Origin: Dehalococcoidia bacterium
Lineage (GTDB): Bacteria > Chloroflexota > Dehalococcoidia > Bin125
Reading direction: 5' to 3'
Assembly (NCBI GenBank): GCA_963663235.2
Contig: CAXXNO010000008.1
Span: 30,107-94,106 of the forward strand
DNA: 64,000 nt
Under the pieces are notes generated by a model that did no database searches, was not told the DNA's origin, and saw only the letters and a program-made list of their open reading frames with translations. Below are positions 1 through 8,239 of the stretch, one piece after another. Both the position numbers and the translations under genes were made by a program. Each line of letters opens with the position of its first letter. Within the stretch, counting starts at the first letter, position 1.

Positions 1-131
1 GCCACGCAGTCCAGGTACTCCTTGCCGCTGTCGTCCCACACCCGCGATCCCTGCCCGCGCACCAGCGTGACCGGCTGGCGCTTGGCGGTGTGGAAAAAGA
101 CGGCGGCCTCGCGCTCGGCGATGGTGGCCAT
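1..131 (-). CDS. argD: acetylornithine aminotransferase, N-terminal 43 codons (gene runs off the left edge)
   Basis: Reverse complement from the ATG at 129-131 reads MATIAEREAAVFFHTAKRQPVTLVRGQGSRVWDDSGKEYLDCV, which has the class-III aminotransferase N-terminal pattern (G.G..VWD..G..YLD). Same strand as, and downstream of, argC-argJ-argB. Confidence 0.7.
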   Translation of the reverse strand, partial: MATIAEREAAVFFHTAKRQPVTLVRGQGSRVWDDSGKEYLDCV

Positions 132-185
132 GAAAGGTGCTCCCTCTCTCGACGGCGCCGTCGCCGCTGCCAAACATATCCAGCC

Positions 186-600
186 GCTCATCCGGCAGCA
201 AGGCGCCACTCCGTTCGCCCTCAGCCTACCCTGAACCTGTCCCGAACCATGTCCTGAGCTCGCCGAAGGGCCAGTCGAACGGCCGAACGGCGTCTGATCC
301 ACCCCCGCTCCATCGCTTGCGATGGAGCGGGCCTGTCCTGAGCCTGTCGAAGGAGGGCCAGGGGGCGCTTGCGCCCTTCGCACAGCGGAAGGGTGAGGTT
401 CCCGCTGCTGCCCCGTTCGTCCTGAGCGAAGTCGAAGGAGAACGGGGCAGCTCCACCGTTCGTCCTCGCCCCGTCGAACGCCAAACGGCGTCTGATCCAC
501 CCCCCTCTCCATCGCTTGCGATGGAGAGGGGGCCAGGGGGCGCTTGCGCCCTTCGCACAGCGGAAGGGTGAGGTTCCTCCCCCCCGCCCGTCGACGATCC
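186..600. repeat. cluster of REP/MITE-like intergenic palindromic modules between argB and argD
   Basis: Hairpin module gctccatcgcttgcgatggagc occurs at 307-328 and about 505-528. A 45-nt module ggccagggggcgcttgcgcccttcgcacagcggaagggtgaggtt occurs at 356-400 and 531-575, with a third copy at 7173-7217. Hairpin ccccgttcgtcctgagcgaagtcgaaggagaacgggg lies at about 411-447. The prefix aacggcgtctgatccaccccc is repeated at about 286 and 484. Confidence 0.85.
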
Positions 601-605
601 GCGCC

Positions 606-1391
606 CTACCTCACCAGCGTCCCCGCCTCACCTGCCAGCGCCGATCGCAGCGCTCCCGCCGCCCGCCCGTCGACGATCCGCGCCATCGCCCCCGCCGCCG
701 CCGCGCTCTGGCAGGCCGCGATCTTCGGCAACATGCCCCCCTCGATGGTCCCGGCCTTTCGCAGGACGCTGCTCTGCTCCGCGTCCAGCTCCTCCAGCGG
801 TCGGCCCGAGCCGTCCAGGACGCCGGGCACGTCCGACAGCACGATCAGCGCCGCCGCCTCAGCCGCGACGGCGATCGCCCCCGCCACGGCATCGGCGTTG
901 ATGTTGATCAACTCGCGCCCCTCCGGCGTCAGCCCGATCGGCGCGATGACCGGGAGCAGCCCCGCTCCCAGCAGTGCCCGCAGCGGCTCGGGGTCGCAGG
1001 TGGGCGCTTCCCCCACCAGGCCCAGCCCGCGATCGTTCATCGGCGACCGCACCAGCCCCGCGTCGGCTCCCGCCACCCCGATGGCCTGCACCCCCAGGGC
1101 GGCGAAATCCCGCACCAGCCGCTTGTTCACCAGCCCCGCCAGCACGGCGACCACAATGTCCAGCGACTCCGCCGGCGTCTTCCGCAGCCCCTCGATGAAC
1201 TCGCTCGGCGCGCCCAGCCGCTCCAGCCATTCGCTGGTCACCGCCCTGCCTCCGTGCACCACCACCACCGCCGACCCCTCCCGGTGCAGCGCCGCGCAGT
1301 CGCCGATCGACGTGTCGTGCCCGCCCAGCGTGCTGCCCCCGATCTTCACCACGAACGGGCGCGTCCGCTCCTGCGCCGTTGCGCGGTTCAT
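606..1391 (-). CDS. argB: acetylglutamate kinase
   Basis: MNRATAQERTRPFVVKIGGSTLGG...GMLPKIAACQSAAAAG shows amino-acid kinase family motifs. ATG at 1389-1391. The supplied ORF 606..2315 is over-extended upstream. Confidence 0.9.
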   Translation of the reverse strand: MNRATAQERTRPFVVKIGGSTLGGHDTSIGDCAALHREGSAVVVVHGGRAVTSEWLERLGAPSEFIEGLRKTPAESLDIVVAVLAGLVNKRLVRDFAALGVQAIGVAGADAGLVRSPMNDRGLGLVGEAPTCDPEPLRALLGAGLLPVIAPIGLTPEGRELININADAVAGAIAVAAEAAALIVLSDVPGVLDGSGRPLEELDAEQSSVLRKAGTIEGGMLPKIAACQSAAAAGAMARIVDGRAAGALRSALAGEAGTLVR

Positions 1392-1420
1392 GTCGCGCCG
1401 ATCACTGTTCGAGGCACCCC

Positions 1421-2626
1421 TCAAGTCACATAGTCCGCGTTGAACCGCACGTACTCCTCTGTCAGGTCGCAGCCCCAGGCCACGGCCGATTCCCCGCCCC
1501 GCCCCAGGTCCAGCCGGATGCGCACCGTGTCCCCGGAGATCGCCTTGGCTGCCTCCGACTCCGGCACGCCCGTGGTCGTGTCCTTCGCGAAGAGCAGCGT
1601 CTCCCCGATCCACAGCCGCAGCCCCCCGGGATCGAACGGCACCCCGGCGTTGCCCGCCGCCATCAGCACCCGCCCCCAGTTCGGGTCTCCTTTGCTGAGC
1701 GCGGCCTTGAGCAGCGGCGACCGCACCACGCTGCGCGCGACCCGCCGCGCTTCGTCCCAACTCGCTCCGCCCGTCACGGTGACCTCGATGAGCCGGGTGG
1801 CCCCCTCGCCGTCCCGCGCAATCGCCGTGGCCAGCTCCGTGCACACGCCCCGCAGCGCCTCGCCCAGCGCGCCCGCTGCCCTCGTGTCGCCCGCGTCGAT
1901 CGCCCGCCCGCCCGCGGCGCCGTTCGCCAGCAGCACGACGGTGTCGTTGGTGGAGGTGTCCCCGTCCACTGTCACCATGTTCAGGCTGCGGTCGACGGCG
2001 TACCGCAGTTGCTGGTCCAGCGCTTCGGCTGTCACTGGCGCGTCGGTGGTGAGGAACGCCAGCATGGTGGCCATGTCGGGGTGGATCATCCCCGCCCCTT
2101 TGGCGCAGCCCCCCACGACGTACGACACGCCGTTCGCTTCGAACCGCTCGATGGCCTCCTTGACGAAGGTGTCGGTCGTCATGATCGCCCGTGCGAAGTC
2201 GCCGCCGCCGCCGCGGCTCGGCTCGACCTTCCCGATGCCGGCCGCCACCTGCTCCATTGGCATGTAGTGCCCGATGATCCCCGTGCTGAGCACGAACACG
2301 TCCGTTTCCCCGCACCCGACCCGCGCGGCCGTCATCGCGGCCATCTGCCGGGCGTCGGCCAGCCCGCGCGCCCCGGTGGCCGCGTTGGCGTTGCCGGAGT
2401 TCACCACCACTGCTCGCAGGCGGTGGTCCGTCATGTGCTCTCGGTCCAGCACGAGCGGCGGGGCCTTGACCACATTGCTGGTGAACAGCGCGGCGGCGCT
2501 GGCCGTCTCGTCGGAGACGAGCAGCGCTAGGTCGGGCCGCCCCGATTCCTTGATCCCGGCGGTCGTGGCCCCGGCCCGATAGCCCTGCGGGGCGGTGATC
2601 GCCCCCCCGTCGGGAACGCTGCTCAC
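1421..2626 (-). CDS. argJ: bifunctional ornithine acetyltransferase / N-acetylglutamate synthase
   Basis: APQGYRAGATTAGIK...NSGNANAATG...GGCAKGAGMIHPDMATMLAFLTTD contains the ArgJ autoprocessing T-M-L site region. The GTG start at 2624-2626 overlaps the argC stop as GTGA. Confidence 0.9.
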   Translation of the reverse strand: MSSVPDGGAITAPQGYRAGATTAGIKESGRPDLALLVSDETASAAALFTSNVVKAPPLVLDREHMTDHRLRAVVVNSGNANAATGARGLADARQMAAMTAARVGCGETDVFVLSTGIIGHYMPMEQVAAGIGKVEPSRGGGGDFARAIMTTDTFVKEAIERFEANGVSYVVGGCAKGAGMIHPDMATMLAFLTTDAPVTAEALDQQLRYAVDRSLNMVTVDGDTSTNDTVVLLANGAAGGRAIDAGDTRAAGALGEALRGVCTELATAIARDGEGATRLIEVTVTGGASWDEARRVARSVVRSPLLKAALSKGDPNWGRVLMAAGNAGVPFDPGGLRLWIGETLLFAKDTTTGVPESEAAKAISGDTVRIRLDLGRGGESAVAWGCDLTEEYVRFNADYVT

Positions 2627-3660
2627 GGGTACAGGCCGATCGATGGCAGCCCCGCCGTCTCTTCGATGCCGAACATCAGGTTGAGGCACTGCACCGCTGC
2701 GCCGGCGGCCCCTTTGACCAGGTTGTCCAGACAGCCGATCGCCACGCACCGCCCTGTGATGGCGTCGATGCTCGGGTAGACAAGGCAGGCGTTGCTGCCC
2801 ACGGTTTCCTTGGTGCTGGGCGCTGCGGCGGCTACGTGCACAAACGGATGGGCCGCGTAGAACTCCTGGTACCGATCCGCCAGCGCCGCCTGTGCCGCTT
2901 CCCGCCCCTCGGGCAGCGCACCCGCACGGAACCGCGCGTGTGCGGTGGCGAGCAGTCCGCGGGTCATGGGGATCAGGTGCGGCACGAAGGTCACGCTGGG
3001 CGCTTCGCCCTCCGCCGCCAGCGCGCTCAGCTCCTGCACGATCTCCGGCTGGTGGCGGTGCCCCTCCAGGCCGTACGCGCTCAGGTTGCCGTCCACTTCC
3101 GAGAAGTGGCTGCTCAGTTTCACCGTCCGGCCCGCGCCGGACACGCCCGACTTCGCGTCCACCACGATATCTGGCTCGATCAGCCCGCCTGCCACCAGCG
3201 GCGCAAGCGTCAGGATTGCGGCCGTTGGGTAGCACCCCGGCACGGCCACCAGCCGCGATTCCCGGATCGCCTCTCGATGCAGCTCCGGCAGCCCGTACGT
3301 CGCGCGATCCAGGTACTGCGGCTGGGGATGCTGGCCGTACCACTGCGCGTAGGTATCCGCGTCGTGCAGGCGGAAGTCGGCGCTGCAGTCGATCACCGGC
3401 AGGCCGCTCGCGATATACGGGGCCAGCGTCTCCGCCGCGGCGGCGTGCGGGAGCGCCGAGACCACTACGTCCACGTCGCCGGGCTCCTCCGTGATCGGAA
3501 GGTCCAGGGGCCACAGGTGCGGGAATACCTCCGGCAGCCGCTTCCCCGCCTCCGACCGCCCGGTCACGGACGCGACCGTTACCTCCGGATGCTCGGCCAG
3601 CAGCCGCGCCAGCTCAGCCCCCACGTACCCCGTCACGTTGAGTATGCCCGTCCGGATCAC
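2623..3660 (-). CDS. argC: N-acetyl-gamma-glutamyl-phosphate reductase
   Basis: MIRTGILNVTGYVGAELARLL...VAVPGCYPTAAIL contains the active-site Cys context. GTG start at 3658-3660 with a GGAG Shine-Dalgarno 7 nt upstream. Confidence 0.92.
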   Translation of the reverse strand: MIRTGILNVTGYVGAELARLLAEHPEVTVASVTGRSEAGKRLPEVFPHLWPLDLPITEEPGDVDVVVSALPHAAAAETLAPYIASGLPVIDCSADFRLHDADTYAQWYGQHPQPQYLDRATYGLPELHREAIRESRLVAVPGCYPTAAILTLAPLVAGGLIEPDIVVDAKSGVSGAGRTVKLSSHFSEVDGNLSAYGLEGHRHQPEIVQELSALAAEGEAPSVTFVPHLIPMTRGLLATAHARFRAGALPEGREAAQAALADRYQEFYAAHPFVHVAAAAPSTKETVGSNACLVYPSIDAITGRCVAIGCLDNLVKGAAGAAVQCLNLMFGIEETAGLPSIGLYP

Positions 3661-3668
3661 GGCATGCT

Positions 3669-3701
3669 CCGTTCGTCCTGAGCCTGTCGAAGGACGAACG
3701 G
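3669..3701. repeat. single REP-type hairpin immediately 5' of the argC start
   Basis: ccgttcgtcctgagcctgtcgaaggacgaacgg forms a 9-bp perfect stem. It belongs to the same family as the hairpins at 411-447 and 17361-17420. Its promoter-distal arm abuts or overlaps the argC Shine-Dalgarno. Confidence 0.8.
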
Positions 3702-3784
3702 CCTCACGTCTTGGAGGATTTCAGCCCCTCGAAGCACGCCCGCCGATGCCCTTTCGCCTACCCTACCCGCCCGCGCCCAACTCC

Positions 3785-4580
3785 GCACTCGGACATCGGT
3801 CCGCCAGGACACACTCCCCGCCCAGCGGCCGCTCCGCGTTGCACACCCCGCGCCCGAGGCGGCAAGCGTGACCGCACCGATCAGCGCCGTCCGCTCACGA
3901 CCCCTGCCCACCACTCCCATCGAACATGAAAACACTCCGACAGCCGTCGGCCAGGACACACTCCCCGCACAGCGGCCGCCCGCCTTGCACACCCCGCGCC
4001 CGAGGCGGCAAGCGTGACCGCACCGATCAGCGCCGTCCGCTCGCGACCCTTGCCCACCACTCCCATCAAACATGAAAACACTCGGGCAGCCGTCCGCCGG
4101 GACACACTTCCCGCACAGCGGCCGCTCCGCGTTGCACACCCAGCGCCCGAGGCGGCAAGCGTGACCGCACCGATCAGCGCCGTCCGCTCACGACCCCTGC
4201 CCGCCGCTCCCATCAAACATGAAAACACTCCGACAGCCGTCGGCCAGGACACACTCCCCGCACAGCGGCCGCTCCGCGTTGCACACCCCGCGTCCGAGGC
4301 GGCAAGCGTGACCGCACCGATCAGCGCTACCCGCTCACGACCCTTGCCCGCCGCTCCCATCAAACATGAAAACACTCGGGCAGCCGTCGGCCGGGACACA
4401 CTCCCCGCACAGCGGCCGCTCCGCGTTGCACACCCCGCGCCCGAGGCGGCAAGCGTGACCGCACCGATCAGCGCCGTCCGCTTACGACCCTTGCCCGCCG
4501 CTCCCATCAAACATGAAGGCACTCGGACATTGGTCCGCCAGGACACACTCCCCGCACAGCGGCCGCCCCGCCTTGCACAC
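3785..4580. repeat. tandem array, period 147 bp, about 5.4 copies, derived from the 3' end of nth
   Basis: The landmark catgaaaaca recurs at 3924, 4071, 4218 and 4365, and as catgaaggca at 4512. In-frame stop positions on the minus strand are 4482 (TAA, real nth stop), 4335 (TGA), 4188 (TGA), 4041 (CGA, stop lost) and 3895 (TGA). One unit is 146 bp. Confidence 0.95.
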
Positions 4581-5156
4581 TCGACGCCCGTGCCGGATCA
4601 CGGACACGTGGAACCGGTAGTACTGCCGCGACGTCATCTGCGCCTCCAACGCTTCGTGCGCCGCCGCTGCTCCCGTCTTGGCGTCGATCAGCCCCAGCCG
4701 CTGCGCCACTCGATGCACGTGCGTATCCACCGGCAGCGCCGGCCGCCCCAGCGCGAACAGCAGCACGCACGCCGCCGTCTTCGGCCCCACCCCTGGCAGC
4801 GACGTCAGCCACTCCTTCGCCTTCTTCAGCCGCATCCCCTTGAGCTGCCGCGCATCCCACTCGGGCCCCAGTCGCTCCCGCAACTCGGCCAGCAGCGCCT
4901 GCATCCGCGGCGCTTTCGTCTTGGCCAGCCCCCCGATCCGGATCGTCTCTTCCACTTCGCGCGTCGGCGCCGCCAGGACCGCGTCCCACGTGGGGTAGCG
5001 AGCGATCAGCGCTTGGTACGCGCGTCCCGAGTTGGTGTCCGAAGTGTTCTGCGACAGCAGCGTCAGCACTAGCTCCGCCACCGCGTCGCCGTGCGCCCGC
5101 CACGGCGGGATCGGTGCTTCGGCGTCCAGCCGCTCGATGATCTCCGCCGGCGTCAA
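4482..5156 (-). CDS. nth: endonuclease III (HhH-GPD DNA glycosylase with 4Fe-4S loop)
   Basis: LVLTLLSQNTSDTNSGRAY...LPGVGPKTAACVLLFALGRPALPVDTHVHRV...CKAGRPLCGECVLADQC shows the C-X6-C-X2-C-X5-C motif. No ATG or GTG lies in frame after the upstream gene's stop at 5249. The TTG at 5154-5156 (MTPAEIIERL) fits the family N-terminus. A longer basic N-terminal tail from a CTG near 5246 cannot be excluded. Confidence 0.85.
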   Translation of the reverse strand: MTPAEIIERLDAEAPIPPWRAHGDAVAELVLTLLSQNTSDTNSGRAYQALIARYPTWDAVLAAPTREVEETIRIGGLAKTKAPRMQALLAELRERLGPEWDARQLKGMRLKKAKEWLTSLPGVGPKTAACVLLFALGRPALPVDTHVHRVAQRLGLIDAKTGAAAAHEALEAQMTSRQYYRFHVSVIRHGRRVCKAGRPLCGECVLADQCPSAFMFDGSGGQGS

Positions 5157-5248
5157 CCGGGCCCTGCTCGCCGCGCGACGCTTGCGGCTCCGCCTCGGCT
5201 TCGTGGCCCCTTGCTTCGCTTTGGACCGCCTCGACGATTGGACGGCGG

Positions 5249-5662
5249 TCAGGGCGTCAGCCCCGCTTCCGCGCAGCCGATCGGCGTCTCGCTCGCGTGC
5301 CAGAGGATCGTCCCGTCCATCTCCTGCCCCCCGGCTCCGTAGATCCGGCAGAAGGCGTCGCCGTTGACCACGACGCGAGCGTCGTAGACTCCCTCCTGCG
5401 GGAAGCGCCAGAATTCCCGCGCCGTGAGAGCGCCGCTCGCTCCGGACCCTTCTCGCGCCGCGGCGATCGTCGCCGCTTCCGGCGTCGCGTGGATGAACGC
5501 GGGCGGCTCTTCGGCGGCCGTTGCCGTCGCGCTCCTCGACACCACCACTTCGCTGATACGGGGTTCCGCGGCGGCGTCGCCGGTTCCGCCGCACGCGGCA
5601 ATCAACGGGACAACGAAGGGCAACAGGCCGCCGGCCACTGCAAGAACGGCGCCGCGTCTCAC
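5249..5662 (-). CDS. small lipoprotein of unknown function
   Basis: A GTG start at 5660-5662 overlaps the upstream stop as GTGA. The N-terminus VRRGAVLAVAGGLLPFVVPLIAACGG is a signal peptide with a lipobox Cys. Confidence 0.6.
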   Translation of the reverse strand: MRRGAVLAVAGGLLPFVVPLIAACGGTGDAAAEPRISEVVVSRSATATAAEEPPAFIHATPEAATIAAAREGSGASGALTAREFWRFPQEGVYDARVVVNGDAFCRIYGAGGQEMDGTILWHASETPIGCAEAGLTP

Positions 5663-6819
5663 AACAATCTCGTCGCCTGCGCCAGGCCGGGCCACCGGCG
5701 CAACTCCTCCGCGTACGTCGACCGGCCCTGCATCACCCGGAAGAACGCCCGCCAGAAATAGTCGATGCGGCGGCTGGCCGCCAGCGCCAGCGCTGGCCAC
5801 GTGCCGACGCACCAGTAGTACATCCGGGAGATCGCGCGCGCCGCGTCCAGCTCCGGCTGGATCTCGCGGTTCACGGCCGCTTCGTAGCGTCCCGCGGCGT
5901 CCCCGTCGCTGCCCAGCGCCGTCACCACCGCCGACGCCGCCAGCCGCCCCGACTGCACGGCGTACGCGATCCCTTCGGCGGTGAATTCGTCAGCCAGCCC
6001 GGCGGCGTCGCCTAGCAGCAGCGTCGGCCCGGCGGCGATCCGTTCCCGGCCCCGGCGGTAGCGGATCGGGTGCCCCCGCGCCTCCGTGATGGTGGCATCG
6101 GCCAGCCCCAGCCGCTGGAGGTAGTCGCGGCCCCGCGCGCGGATCCCCCGGCCGTCGCCCGGTGCCAGCACCAGCCCCACCGACAGCCGACCGGCCTTGG
6201 GAAAGACCCACCCGTAGCCCCACGGCCGGTACCCCACGTCCACGTTGGCCTGCCCCTGCCAGCGCCGCAGCGCCGCCGCGGGCGCGGCGACCTCCAGCTC
6301 CCAGGCCGCGCTCGTGGCCAGCTCTTGGCCCACGCCGGCCGCCCGCGCCACCCGGCCCGTGGCGCCGTCGGCGCCCAGCACCATCGACGCGTGGTACGAC
6401 CCGCCATCGCTGATCACCCGCGCGCCGCCGTCGCACGGCTCCACGGTCTGGACCGTCTCGCCCTGGTGCACCTCCGCGCCGGCTTCCCCGGCCCAATCCA
6501 GCAGCAGGTTGTCGAACCGGTCCCGCATCACCATGTAGGCCAGCGGCTGCTTCGATCGCTTGCGGAAGCCGCGACGGCCGAGGTGGCTCACCTCGATCCC
6601 CTCCACGACGTCTTCCACCACCGTCTCCACCGGCCGTTCCAGCAAGGCGGCGGCGCGTAGGGGGATGCCGCCGCCGCAGACCTTGTACCGCGGGTGCGTC
6701 GCCTTCTCGATCACCAGGGTGCGCACGCCGGCGCTCGCCAGGCGCCGCGCGGCGGTGCTGCCCGCCGGCCCGCCGCCCACGACGATCGCCTCCCACTGCT
6801 CCGACTCGGGTGCCTTCAC
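5659..6819 (-). CDS. geranylgeranyl reductase family FAD-dependent oxidoreductase
   Basis: WEAIVVGGGPAGSTAARRLASAGVRTLVIEK is a GxGxxG FAD fold, followed by YKVCGGGIP and a C-terminal LLLGDAAGLADEFTAEGIAYAVQSG. Confidence 0.8.
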   Translation of the reverse strand: MKAPESEQWEAIVVGGGPAGSTAARRLASAGVRTLVIEKATHPRYKVCGGGIPLRAAALLERPVETVVEDVVEGIEVSHLGRRGFRKRSKQPLAYMVMRDRFDNLLLDWAGEAGAEVHQGETVQTVEPCDGGARVISDGGSYHASMVLGADGATGRVARAAGVGQELATSAAWELEVAAPAAALRRWQGQANVDVGYRPWGYGWVFPKAGRLSVGLVLAPGDGRGIRARGRDYLQRLGLADATITEARGHPIRYRRGRERIAAGPTLLLGDAAGLADEFTAEGIAYAVQSGRLAASAVVTALGSDGDAAGRYEAAVNREIQPELDAARAISRMYYWCVGTWPALALAASRRIDYFWRAFFRVMQGRSTYAEELRRWPGLAQATRLL

Positions 6820-6867
6820 GCCCCAAGCCTAGCGAACGCGACACGATCCCGTCCCTGGCGTGGTCGG

Positions 6868-6990
6868 CTAGGCGGAGAAGCGCCGCTCACGCGCGACGAA
6901 CAACTGGTGCTCCGCTTCGAGCCGCAGCCACATCAACGCCGGCAGTGCCAGGGCCTCTTCCAGTTGCAGCGCCGTTTCGGCGGTGATCGC
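6868..6990 (-). pseudogene. C-terminal remnant of a HigA/XRE-type HTH antitoxin
   Basis: ITAETALQLEEALALPALMWLRLEAEHQLFVARER resembles the HigA-family tail (IT.ETALRL...FWLNLQ..Y.L). The N-terminal HTH half is missing and is replaced by REP sequence. Confidence 0.4.
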
Positions 6991-7220
6991 CTTCCTCCCC
7001 CTCTCCATCGCTTGCCGATGGAGAGAGGGCCAGGGGGTGAGGTTCCCCCCCATCCCTCGCGACGGCGGGAGCTGGGGTGTGGCCCGTTCCCCGCCCCTTC
7101 CCCCTCTCCATCGCTTGCCGATGGAGAGGGGGCCAGGGGGTGAGGTTTCCCCTCTCGTTCGTGTCCAAGGAGGGCCAGGGGGCGCTTGCGCCCTTCGCAC
7201 AGCGGAAGGGTGAGGCTCCC
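6990..7220. repeat. second REP/MITE-like cluster
   Basis: ctctccatcgcttgccgatggagag occurs at 7001-7025 and 7104-7128, each followed by ggccagggggtgaggtt. The third copy of the 45-nt module lies at 7173-7217. Confidence 0.85.
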
Positions 7221-7253
7221 CCGCCCTTGTCCCCCGACCCTCCCCGTGCCACG

Positions 7254-8180
7254 ATGCCTACCGTTATGCTCCACTCAGCATATCGCCGCCCCGCTTGGGT
7301 GCCTCTCTGCGCCGCTCTGCTGGCGCTCGCCCTCGCCACTGCCGCCTGCGGCGACGACGATGACTCCCCGCTCGGCGGCGACCTCATCCTCGCCACGACC
7401 ACCAGCGTCCGCGACAGCGGCCTCCTCGATGACCTCGTGCCCCTCTTCGAGCGCCGCAGCGGCGTCAACGTCAAGGTGATCGCCGTCGGCACCGGCGCCG
7501 CCCTGCGCTTGGCGGAGGACGGCAACGCCGATGCCCTCTTCGTCCACGCCCCTGACGCGGAGCGCGCCCTCGTCGATGCCGGACACGCCGTCAACCGCCG
7601 GCTCGTGATGTACAACGACTTCCTCCTCCTCGGCCCCGACGACGACCCCGCCGTCGTCGCGGGCAGCCACGACGCGGCGGCGGCCTTGGCCCGGATCGCG
7701 GCGGCCGAGTCCCGCTTCGTCTCCCGCGGCGACGGCAGCGGCACGCATCAGAAGGAGCTCGCGCTGTGGGCGGCGGCCGGCGTCGAGCCCCGCGGCTCCT
7801 GGTACCAGGAGGCTGGACAGGGCATGGGCGCCACTCTCACCATCGCCGATCAAAAACGCGCCTACGTCCTCACGGACCGCGCCACCTTCTTGGCCCTGAG
7901 CGATGACCTGGAGCTCCGCTCCGCCGTCGAGGGCGATCCCGCCCTGCTCAACCTCTACAGCGTCATGCAGGTTGCTCCTGGCAAAGGCGGCGTCAACGCC
8001 CCTGCCGCCGCGGCCTGGGTCGACTTCACCCAGTCGCGCGAGGTGCAGGACCTGATCCGCGATTTCCGCCGCGACGAATTCGGCCGGCCGCTCTTTGTCC
8101 CCGCGGCCGGCAAGAGCGAACAACAGGCGGCCGAGGACTTCTCGCGCTCCGCGGTGCTTCCCGCGTTCGTGGTCGGCTGA
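7254..8180 (+). CDS. tupA: tungstate ABC transporter substrate-binding lipoprotein
   Basis: The lipobox LALATAAC is followed by ILATTTSVRDSGLLDDL...AVGTGAAL...FVSRGDGSGTHQKELALW...GMGATL...AYVLTDRATF, matching TupA family signature blocks. The supplied ORF start at 7077 lies in REP sequence. Confidence 0.85.
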   Translation: MPTVMLHSAYRRPAWVPLCAALLALALATAACGDDDDSPLGGDLILATTTSVRDSGLLDDLVPLFERRSGVNVKVIAVGTGAALRLAEDGNADALFVHAPDAERALVDAGHAVNRRLVMYNDFLLLGPDDDPAVVAGSHDAAAALARIAAAESRFVSRGDGSGTHQKELALWAAAGVEPRGSWYQEAGQGMGATLTIADQKRAYVLTDRATFLALSDDLELRSAVEGDPALLNLYSVMQVAPGKGGVNAPAAAAWVDFTQSREVQDLIRDFRRDEFGRPLFVPAAGKSEQQAAEDFSRSAVLPAFVVG

Positions 8181-8239
8181 GCCGCCCGCGCGCCTTCGCG
8201 CCGTGGAAGGCTGTCGCAGGCGGTGGAAGGGAACGATCA

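Noticed and set aside
516-3681. Long ORFs on the plus strand and in alternative minus frames across argB/argJ/argC, for example 516..1433, 1379..2530, 2836..3681 and the 5' extensions of 606..2315 and 1421..3514.
   Set aside because: They translate to low-complexity Arg/Pro/Ala/Gly-rich strings typical of off-frame reading in about 70% GC DNA. The same DNA encodes clearly recognisable ArgB, ArgJ and ArgC in another frame.
3785-4580. The 147-bp array considered as a CRISPR array or as a diversity-generating-retroelement template/variable repeat pair.
   Set aside because: The units are contiguous with no unique spacers, and they are far longer than CRISPR repeats. There are no cas genes and no reverse transcriptase in the window, and the differences between copies are not adenine-specific.
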